Origin: a bacterium
Lineage (GTDB): Bacteria; Auribacterota; UBA3054
Length of the DNA: 44,838 bases
Assembly: GCA_017650925.1 (NCBI GenBank)
Contig: JAGCDY010000074.1
Span: 1-44,838, forward strand
Direction: 5' to 3'
Shown here: positions 18,355 to 25,938 of the stretch, piece after piece
Position numbering within the stretch: position 1 is the stretch's first letter
How the letters are laid out: each line of letters starts with the position of its first letter
Notes under the pieces: generated by a model
The model's input: only the letters and a program-made list of their open reading frames with translations
Databases searched by the model: none
Told to the model about the DNA's origin: nothing
Made by a program: the position numbers and the translations under genes

Positions 18355-21024
18355 ATGAAATCAGTACTCAAAACAATTCTCTTTCTGGGCCTTAGCGCCC
18401 TCTCTGTTCGCTCCGAACTCCCCTCCAATCTCGTCTCAGCCAACTGGATCGAATCCAAAGGCGGCTACATCAACACCGGCATCAATCAGTACGGCTCTTC
18501 CCTTTCCGAACTTGACTGCGTTTTAGAGTTCACCACCCTCAATTATCCCAAGCGGCGCCTTATGGGTTTCAACGGCGCCGGCCCGAAGAACTACGTGGGC
18601 ATCAGCCCCGACAACAAGTTCGACCTCTGGAATGTTTCCCAAACGGAAGCCGAGGCGAACGTCAAATACCATTTGCATCTCACACAGGACCGCGTGGTCG
18701 CCGTGCTCGATATATATAGTTATAACGAAAATCCCGAGAACGAAGTTCTTCTGGAGAAGATGGTCTGCAACGCCAACGGCATCAACAATAGCGAATGCCA
18801 GCTCTTCATCATCGCCTCCAATCCGAACTACCACTGCTACGACGTCAGGCTCTACAACTTCAAGATCCTTCTTGACGGCGAGCTGAAAAGGGATTTCTCC
18901 CCTGTCATGGACATAGAATCCCACAAGGCCGGAATGTATGACAGCGTGAGCGGCGAGACCTTTTACGCCAGCAACGAAGGCAAACTGATCTGTGACGCCA
19001 TGGACTTTTCTTACGGCGAAGGCGAAAGCAAGGTCTGCCCTGACGGCGACACCCTCTACCTCCCCTCCTACGCCGACTACTCCAACCTCGACGCTCTCCG
19101 CTTCCCCGCCGGCACCGTTCTTTCCGGCACCACCGGCGAAAGCCTGACCGTGGGCACGGACGCCCTTGACATGCGCGTGCTTTTCGGCGACGACATGGAA
19201 GCCGGCGAAAGGTATCCTGTGACTGTCAGCTTCCCCTCCGGCGCCGCGACGAGTTTCTTCCTCGCCAAGAGCGCCAACATCCCCGCCCTCTTCGTCAACC
19301 TCGACGCCACAAGCGTTGAGATGATCAACAAGAGCAAAGCCAACCAGGCTTCCGGCGCGGCGCTGAAGATCGCCCCCGACGGCACCGCATCCCCGCTTCT
19401 CGAGGTCAAGAAGTTCGCGGGCCGCGGCAACACGAGCTGGACTTATTCCGGCGACAAAAAACCCTATAAGATCAATCTGGCCGAGAAATACAATTTAATC
19501 GCTTCCAAAAGCCCCAACAAAAAATTCGCCCTGCTCTCCCTTAACCTCCAGGACAGGAAAGACCGCAGCTGTCTCAAGGAATTCGTCGCCCATGAGCTGG
19601 CCGAGTCTATGGACATGAGCTTTGTCCCTGGCATGGAATTCGTCGACCTCTACGTCAACGGTTCCTACCGCGGCATCTATGTCATCAAGGAACGCATAAC
19701 CATCGGGTCCGACAGGATCAACATCCATGAACCGAAATTCCTCTATGAGGACGAAACTTCCACCACGAGAGTGGTGCAGCAAAGCGGCATCAAGGGCGTT
19801 GACGGAGCTTCCGGCGACGAGGGCGACGAGGAGCCATTCAAAGTCTCCAGCTGGAACGTTCCGGCAGCCACCGAGACCATCTTAAGCGAGAACGACGATG
19901 AAGACCCCGCTTTGAAAGCCGGCATCCAGGCTTACCAGTACGCCACCGGCTCACAGCTCCAGGGCGGCAAGGACGGCGGCGTGATCATCGAAATGAACGT
20001 CTGCTATTCCGCCTACTTATATGACGAGCCCAGCTTTTTCATCACCAGGAGAGGCCAGATATTCAACCTGAAGACCTCCGAGTGCGGCACCAAGGGGCAG
20101 GTCCAGAGGATCGCGATCTTCGTGCAGGAAATGGAGGACGCCCTCTTCAGCGAGACCGGCTTCAACGCCAAGGGCAAACACTATTCGAAATACATCGACG
20201 TCGCGAGCATGGCCAAGCATGTGGCTCTGGACGGCTTCATGGCCAACTCCGACTTCTGCATCATCAGCACTTACTTCTACATCGACGCCGATCCCACTAC
20301 CGGCGAATATATCGGAAAGCTTAAAGCTGAGCCGGTCTGGGACTACGATTTCGCCCAGGTCAATTCCAACCATGTCTACGTCAACAGCCAAAGCAGGATG
20401 TGCTACGTTCCCCACTTCTTCGGCAAGGCGGACTTCGTCAAGGCTCTCTATGAGATCCAGAAAGACGAGAACGGCTTCACTAAGAGAATCGCCGAACTGA
20501 ACGGCGGCGAACTGGACGATCTGGCCGCTAAGCTTATGCCCACCTACAAACTGAATTTCCTCAGATGGGGCAGCGACTCCGTATTCGACAGCGAAGTCCT
20601 CAGGAACAGCATGAGGACCAGAGAGGCCAGCTGGAACAGCCTCTGGAAACCGGATACACAGCTCCTGGGCGCCTGGGTGGACGAAGCCCCCGCTCCCCAG
20701 TATTCCTTCTTCTCCTTCAACGCTTCCGAATCCGCTGACATTTCCGTCTTCAATTACGGCACCGCCGGCGAATACCAGTGGTACAAGCTTGATGAGGAAG
20801 ACAACTCCCTGAAAGCCATCGAGGGCGAGACGGAAGCGACCATAGATCCCACCTATTACGGCAAAGGCGAATACGTCTGCGCCATCAGCGGCGTCAACCT
20901 GGAGCCCCAGGCCGGCGGTCAGAACGTGACGCTCTACACCGCTCCCTTTGTTTTCGGCGCTCCGGAGCCCGGAATGATCGGAATGCTCCTTGCCGCGGCG
21001 GCTTTTTTGCTTCGCAGAAAGTGA
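18355..21024 (+). CDS. Secreted CotH-family kinase with PEP-CTERM sorting signal (paralog 1)
   Basis: Signal peptide from ATG 18355. CotH motifs GRGNTSW..KKPYKI, VDLYVNGSYRGIY..KE, NSD..STYFY and PVWDYD. Ig-like YQWYK...G.Y.C. Tail APEPGMIGMLLAAAAFLLRRK. Confidence 0.85.
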   Translation: MKSVLKTILFLGLSALSVRSELPSNLVSANWIESKGGYINTGINQYGSSLSELDCVLEFTTLNYPKRRLMGFNGAGPKNYVGISPDNKFDLWNVSQTEAEANVKYHLHLTQDRVVAVLDIYSYNENPENEVLLEKMVCNANGINNSECQLFIIASNPNYHCYDVRLYNFKILLDGELKRDFSPVMDIESHKAGMYDSVSGETFYASNEGKLICDAMDFSYGEGESKVCPDGDTLYLPSYADYSNLDALRFPAGTVLSGTTGESLTVGTDALDMRVLFGDDMEAGERYPVTVSFPSGAATSFFLAKSANIPALFVNLDATSVEMINKSKANQASGAALKIAPDGTASPLLEVKKFAGRGNTSWTYSGDKKPYKINLAEKYNLIASKSPNKKFALLSLNLQDRKDRSCLKEFVAHELAESMDMSFVPGMEFVDLYVNGSYRGIYVIKERITIGSDRINIHEPKFLYEDETSTTRVVQQSGIKGVDGASGDEGDEEPFKVSSWNVPAATETILSENDDEDPALKAGIQAYQYATGSQLQGGKDGGVIIEMNVCYSAYLYDEPSFFITRRGQIFNLKTSECGTKGQVQRIAIFVQEMEDALFSETGFNAKGKHYSKYIDVASMAKHVALDGFMANSDFCIISTYFYIDADPTTGEYIGKLKAEPVWDYDFAQVNSNHVYVNSQSRMCYVPHFFGKADFVKALYEIQKDENGFTKRIAELNGGELDDLAAKLMPTYKLNFLRWGSDSVFDSEVLRNSMRTREASWNSLWKPDTQLLGAWVDEAPAPQYSFFSFNASESADISVFNYGTAGEYQWYKLDEEDNSLKAIEGETEATIDPTYYGKGEYVCAISGVNLEPQAGGQNVTLYTAPFVFGAPEPGMIGMLLAAAAFLLRRK

Positions 21025-21032
21025 TCGCTCTG

Positions 21033-21070
21033 CAAAAATGCCCCCGGCTCAAACCGGGGGCTTTTTGTTT
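21033..21070 (+). terminator. Rho-independent terminator after CotH paralog 1
   Basis: GCCCCCGG-ctcaaa-CCGGGGGC stem followed by TTTTTGTTT and preceded by AAAAA. Confidence 0.85.
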
Positions 21071-21076
21071 GACAAT

Positions 21077-21105
21077 TTGCTTTTTCCCCTTAAAAGAAAT
21101 AAAAT
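21077..21105 (+). promoter_or_regulatory. Putative sigma70 promoter for CotH paralog 2
   Basis: TTGCTT-N17-TAAAAT about 30 nt upstream of ATG 21137. Confidence 0.45.
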
Positions 21106-21136
21106 TTTAGACAAGAGATATCGCCGTAAAAGCCGC

Positions 21137-23779
21137 ATGGAAACCCAAAAGATCATAATATCCGTCCTTTTCCTCGCCTGCTGCGCCCTTGGCGCCAGAT
21201 GCGAGCTACCCAATGGCCTTGCTCCCGCAAACTGGATCGAGACCAGGGGCGGATACATCCCCACGGGCATAACCCAATCCGGCGCGACGACGGTCGAGCT
21301 TGACTGTCTTCTGGAAGTCACCTCTCTCTACTATTCGAAAAGACGCCTGATGGGTTTTGACGGCGCCGGTCCCAAGAACTATTTCGGCGTGACCACCAAC
21401 AATCATTTCGAGATCTGGAACCCCACCGTCCTTACAGCCGAATTAGGCGTCAAATACCGCCTGCACATGACCCAGAACAAGACCACCACCCTGCTGGAAG
21501 TCTTCTCCGAGGCAGGCGCGCTCCTAGATTCCGTTACCGGCAACGCCAAGGGCATCAACAGCAGCGAATGCCAGATCTTCACCATCAACTCAAGCTCCGC
21601 CTACACCTGCTACGGAATTAGAGTCTACGATTTCAAGATCATAATAGACGGAGACGTCAAAAGGGACCTCGTCCCGGTCTTCGACTATACGGCGGGAAAG
21701 CCAGGCATGTACGACAGCGTCAGCCAAACAACGCTCTACGCCTACGGCAGCGGCAAGCTTGACTGCGACGCCCTTGATTTTCACTACGGTTCCGGTGACA
21801 CCAAGATATTGCTTGAAGAGGGAGCCATGTATTTCCCCTCCCACATCGGCTTCGAAGACCTCGGCGAATTTTCCTTCCCGGAGGGCACCGTTTTGAGAGG
21901 GACCGAAGAGGGAGCCAGCCTGACCGTGGGCGAAGACACTCTGGATATGCGGACCATTTTCGGCGCTGACATGCGTCCCGGGGAAAGGTATCCCCTTAGC
22001 GTGGAATTCACCTTCGGCCTGGTGACGAATTTCTATATCGCAAAAAGCGCAAACATTCCTTCGCTTTTCGTGAACCTTATAGACGCCGATCTGGCTTTCA
22101 TACACAGGAACAAGAAAAACGAAGCCGCCGCCGTCGCCCTGAAGATCGAGCCTGACGGAACTTCCTCCGAGCTTCTCCCTGTCAAAAAGTTCGCCGGCCG
22201 CGGCAACGCCACCTGGACTTATTCCGGCGACAAGAAGCCCTACAAGATCAACCTGGAATCGAAATACGCCCTCATATCCTCCGCCCCCAAAAGCAAAAAA
22301 TTCGCCCTGCTCTCCCTGAACCTTCAAAACAACAAGGACCGCAGCGGGCTCAAGGAATACGCGGCCCACGAGCTGGGAGACGCCATGGGCATGGGCTTCA
22401 ATCCTGACTCTGAATTTGTTGACCTTTACGTCAACGGTTCGTACCGCGGCTTCTACATGATAAAAGAACGCGTGACCATCGATCCCGACAGGATCAACAT
22501 CAACGAGCCGAAATACAGTTTTGAGGACGAGGAGTCCACCACAAGAGTCGTTCAGCGAAACGGCATCAAGGGCGTCAAAGGCGCCGCGGGCGATCCCGAC
22601 GACGGCGAGCCCGTCTCAGCCTCCAGCTGGAACGTCCCCTCCCCCACGGAGACGATCACGAGCGAGAACGACGATGATGATCCCGCGCTCAAGGCCGGGA
22701 TCCAGGCTTACCAATACGCCACAGGTTCCCGCCTGAAAGCCGGGAAGGAAGGCGGCGCGGTCATCGAGATGAACGCCTGCTACGGCCAATACATGCAGGA
22801 TGAGCACGTCTTCTTCATCACCAGGCGCGGCCAGATCTTCACCCTGAAGATCCCCGAAGTCGCAACGAAGGAACAGGTCCGGAGGATCGCAATCTTCGTC
22901 CAGGAATTTGAAGACGCCCTCTTCGGGGAAAAAGGTTTCAACTCGCTTGGCAAACATTATTCCGAATATCTGGACGTAGAGAGCATGGCCAAGCACGTGA
23001 TGGTGGACGGCTTCATGTACAACTCGGATTTCTGCATCCTCTCCACCTTCTTCTACATCGACGCCGATTCCGTAAGCGGTGAATTAAGGGGCAAACTCAT
23101 AGCCGAGCCCATCTGGGATTACGATTTCGCCCAGATCAATTCCAGCCATATCTACGCCTCCAATTCCAATCCCATGAACTATCTGCCGCAATTCTTTTCC
23201 AAGGCTGATTTCATAAAGGCCCTGTACGAATTGCAAACGGATCCTTATGGTTTCCAATCAAGAGTCGCGCGGCTGAATTCCAACGACCTTTCCGCTCTGG
23301 GCGACAAGCTCCAGGCCGCGCATCAATTGAATTATTTCCGCTGGGGCAGCGATTCCCAATCAGACGTGGCGACCATCAAAAGCAGGATGAGCTCGAGAGC
23401 GGGAAACTGGAACAATATTTTCAACCCGAACCAAAAGCTTTTGGGCGCCTGGGTGGAACAGGCCCAAACAAGGTCCCGCGCTATAAGCGGCCCGCTGACC
23501 GTGGAGACCTACGGCACGCCGATATCGTACCAATGGTACAAGCAGGACGCTGAGAGTGGCGAATTGACTGAGCTTGAGGGCGAGACAGGCTCAACTCTTG
23601 ATCAGGAACAGTACGGCAAGGGACAGTACGTCTGCGGCGTCTACGGAAAAAATCTGGAGCCTCAGGCGGGCGGAACGTACGTGACGCTTTACACCGCGCC
23701 TTTCGCCTACGGACTTCCGGAGCCAGGCTTACTCGCTGCGCTTCTTGCCGCCGCGGCCTTTCTACTCCGCAGGAAGTGA
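21137..23779 (+). CDS. Secreted CotH-family kinase with PEP-CTERM sorting signal (paralog 2)
   Basis: Signal peptide METQKIIISVLFLACCALGA from ATG 21137. Colinear with paralog 1 (GRGNATW..KKPYKI, VDLYVNGSYRGFY, NSD, PIWDYD). Tail LPEPGLLAALLAAAAFLLRRK. Confidence 0.85.
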   Translation: METQKIIISVLFLACCALGARCELPNGLAPANWIETRGGYIPTGITQSGATTVELDCLLEVTSLYYSKRRLMGFDGAGPKNYFGVTTNNHFEIWNPTVLTAELGVKYRLHMTQNKTTTLLEVFSEAGALLDSVTGNAKGINSSECQIFTINSSSAYTCYGIRVYDFKIIIDGDVKRDLVPVFDYTAGKPGMYDSVSQTTLYAYGSGKLDCDALDFHYGSGDTKILLEEGAMYFPSHIGFEDLGEFSFPEGTVLRGTEEGASLTVGEDTLDMRTIFGADMRPGERYPLSVEFTFGLVTNFYIAKSANIPSLFVNLIDADLAFIHRNKKNEAAAVALKIEPDGTSSELLPVKKFAGRGNATWTYSGDKKPYKINLESKYALISSAPKSKKFALLSLNLQNNKDRSGLKEYAAHELGDAMGMGFNPDSEFVDLYVNGSYRGFYMIKERVTIDPDRININEPKYSFEDEESTTRVVQRNGIKGVKGAAGDPDDGEPVSASSWNVPSPTETITSENDDDDPALKAGIQAYQYATGSRLKAGKEGGAVIEMNACYGQYMQDEHVFFITRRGQIFTLKIPEVATKEQVRRIAIFVQEFEDALFGEKGFNSLGKHYSEYLDVESMAKHVMVDGFMYNSDFCILSTFFYIDADSVSGELRGKLIAEPIWDYDFAQINSSHIYASNSNPMNYLPQFFSKADFIKALYELQTDPYGFQSRVARLNSNDLSALGDKLQAAHQLNYFRWGSDSQSDVATIKSRMSSRAGNWNNIFNPNQKLLGAWVEQAQTRSRAISGPLTVETYGTPISYQWYKQDAESGELTELEGETGSTLDQEQYGKGQYVCGVYGKNLEPQAGGTYVTLYTAPFAYGLPEPGLLAALLAAAAFLLRRK

Positions 23780-23788
23780 AGCTTACGC

Positions 23789-23877
23789 TTTGTCGAGGAC
23801 GAAAAAAGTCATGCTCCCGTAAGCAAACTTAGCGAAGCCTGTTTGCCAAGGGAACATGACTTTTCGTCCGAGACAAA
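23789..23877. repeat. Long imperfect inverted repeat between convergent genes (bidirectional terminator or REP/MITE-like element)
   Basis: Left arm TTTGTCgaGGACGAAAAaaGTCATGcTCCCgtaaGCAAAC pairs with right arm GTTTGCcaaGGGAaCATGACTTTTCGTCCgaGACAAA around a 12-nt loop. Confidence 0.8.
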
Positions 23878-23883
23878 CCAGAA

Positions 23884-25929
23884 TTACTTCCAGTCTACGA
23901 TAGTGTAGGAGTAAGGCTCCAGCTCGCATTCGATAGCGGCGGATCCTATCGTGAGGTTCTCGGCGACCGAAACGGGATGGATGTTCAAAACGAACGCCTT
24001 GCCGTTTGCTTTCGGTATCACTCTCAAAAGATCCTGGCCTTCCACCGTGGGCTTCTTGCCCAAACGGGCGATCAGCTTCTTTATCAGAACGGCCTGGCTC
24101 TTGAAATGATTGGCCAGCATCACGGGGAAGATCTGGGCCGTGCCGGTCCCCTTCCTGACGGAGACGATAGCCGGGCGTCCGGCTTCCGTGCGTCCCAAGG
24201 TCTCGCCCTTCTTGTCGATGTCGATATTTTGGATCGTCTTGCCAAGATAGTATTCCTGGCCTTCATAAAGGACCTTCTCCTGGTCCACGCTCTTTTTGGG
24301 GAAGGTTCCGCCGAGAACTCCCAATTCGTCCGCCAGAACATGGCAGTAATGGTCCGTTTCGTCCTTGGTCGGCAGCGAGCCAATAAGCAGCAGGTTGCCG
24401 CCGGCTTCCACGTAGGCGGCCAGTTTCTCCTGGACTTCCCTTGACATCCAGCGGTCGTTCACGACGACCAGGACGGGATGTTTCAGAAGTTCTTCCAGAG
24501 TCTCGTTTTCGAAATCGACGAGTTTAGGCAAAAAGCCCTGCGACCTTAGGGCGTAGAAAACTTCCGTGGTGGCCGGGCCGACAGGCTTGATGCTGACCAC
24601 TGGCTCCCTCTTCACGCCCAGGGCGATGTCATAGACGGCAGCGGAGCGGAAATCATCCGCGTGCTTTTCTATTTCGGAAAAGGAGCGCTTGATCGCATCG
24701 AAGGAAGGCCTTCTCGTTCCGTTCTGATCAACCGGAGCCTGCCAGTTGTGGTCGGTCCCGTAGAAGCCCAGCCCCTGCCTGTTGCTGCCGGAGCCCCAGA
24801 GATACATGTTGAGACCCTTGTAGCCGCCCGCGGCCGCCCAAACGTTCCAGATGAAAAGCTCGGGGGCGTAGACTCTGGGAAAGTCGAACCAATATCCGCT
24901 CTCCTGCTCTATCACCCAGGGGGTGCTGTTCAAGATGCTTTTGAGATACTCGGGGCCGTACTCGCAGAAATATGTGCCGCTGGTAAGATTCAGATTACCG
25001 CTCATGGAGTAGTAGCAGTCCACTCCGATATTGAGCCAGGGGTTCAGCTCCTTGTTTTTGATATGCAATGAAAGCGCGCGCGGACAATAAGCGTTGTGCG
25101 TCATGGGCGTCGTTATGCCGCAACCTTCCAGAATGTCCCTCAGCTTCTGGAAATACTTCGGATAATAGCAGCCGTAGTAGTATTCCCTGCGCTCGATCTC
25201 GTAGAGGGTCTTGTTCGCCTGCTCGAGCATATAGGGAGGGATCCTCGAGAAATCGCCGAAGCTGCAGCCGTAGACATTGTTGATCTTTTCAAGCGTTCCG
25301 TATTTTTCCCTGAGGTAGGTCGGCCAAATGCCGTCCTTTTTCTCGAGGCCCAGGTTGACGGGATTTTCGTCGCTGAAGTCGTCGCCGGGCACTTCGTTGC
25401 AAAGCTGCGTCATGACGACGAAGCCATTGGGCGCCTGGTAAGGCTTGATGACTTCCGATACGGCCGCGTACCATTTCTCGACGGCGGCGAGAAAATCCGC
25501 GTTCATGTGCGCGACGGCGTTGACGGCCGAGCTGGGAATGTATTCCCCGTCCTCATAGCGCATGACCACGCTCTGGGGATTCTTCTTGGTGAACCATTTC
25601 GGGATCCCGAGGTCTGTGGCCTCGGCGTAAATATAGGGGCCCGGTCGCCAGTAGCAGAGAAGCCCGCTCTTTTTCACCAGTTCCAGGAAAGCCACGAGAT
25701 CGTTGCAGGGATGATAAAGCCCGGTGAAGTCGAAACGGCCTTCCTCCGGTTCGTGCACGAGCCAGGGGGTGTAGAAGGAGACGGCGTTGCAGCCGGCTTC
25801 CTTCACGCTATTCAGAACTTTTTCCCAGTTTTCCCTCGGTGTCCTGAAATAATGGACTTCCGCGGAGGTAAGGAAGATCTCCTTTCCGTCGAGGAAAAAC
25901 GAGCCTTTTTCAATCTTTAATTCCGCCAT
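23884..25929 (-). CDS. Beta-galactosidase-like glycoside hydrolase (GH35/GH42-like)
   Basis: Motifs SAEVHYFR, W..HEPEEGRFDFTG, RPGPYIYAE, QLCNE (acid/base) and VIEQESG (probable nucleophile). C-terminal trimerisation-like region 'KLAAYVEAGGNLL'. No signal peptide. Confidence 0.85.
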   Translation of the reverse strand: MAELKIEKGSFFLDGKEIFLTSAEVHYFRTPRENWEKVLNSVKEAGCNAVSFYTPWLVHEPEEGRFDFTGLYHPCNDLVAFLELVKKSGLLCYWRPGPYIYAEATDLGIPKWFTKKNPQSVVMRYEDGEYIPSSAVNAVAHMNADFLAAVEKWYAAVSEVIKPYQAPNGFVVMTQLCNEVPGDDFSDENPVNLGLEKKDGIWPTYLREKYGTLEKINNVYGCSFGDFSRIPPYMLEQANKTLYEIERREYYYGCYYPKYFQKLRDILEGCGITTPMTHNAYCPRALSLHIKNKELNPWLNIGVDCYYSMSGNLNLTSGTYFCEYGPEYLKSILNSTPWVIEQESGYWFDFPRVYAPELFIWNVWAAAGGYKGLNMYLWGSGSNRQGLGFYGTDHNWQAPVDQNGTRRPSFDAIKRSFSEIEKHADDFRSAAVYDIALGVKREPVVSIKPVGPATTEVFYALRSQGFLPKLVDFENETLEELLKHPVLVVVNDRWMSREVQEKLAAYVEAGGNLLLIGSLPTKDETDHYCHVLADELGVLGGTFPKKSVDQEKVLYEGQEYYLGKTIQNIDIDKKGETLGRTEAGRPAIVSVRKGTGTAQIFPVMLANHFKSQAVLIKKLIARLGKKPTVEGQDLLRVIPKANGKAFVLNIHPVSVAENLTIGSAAIECELEPYSYTIVDWK

Positions 25930-25938
25930 AAACTTGCT

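Noticed and set aside
20990-21136. N-terminal extension of CotH paralog 2
   Set aside because: It spans the terminator and promoter. The signal peptide starts at ATG 21137.
18355-23779. DNA-level similarity between the CotH genes as a DGR or phase-variation cassette
   Set aside because: Differences are spread throughout and not visibly adenine-specific, and there is no reverse transcriptase or recombinase nearby. Ordinary tandem paralogy explains it.
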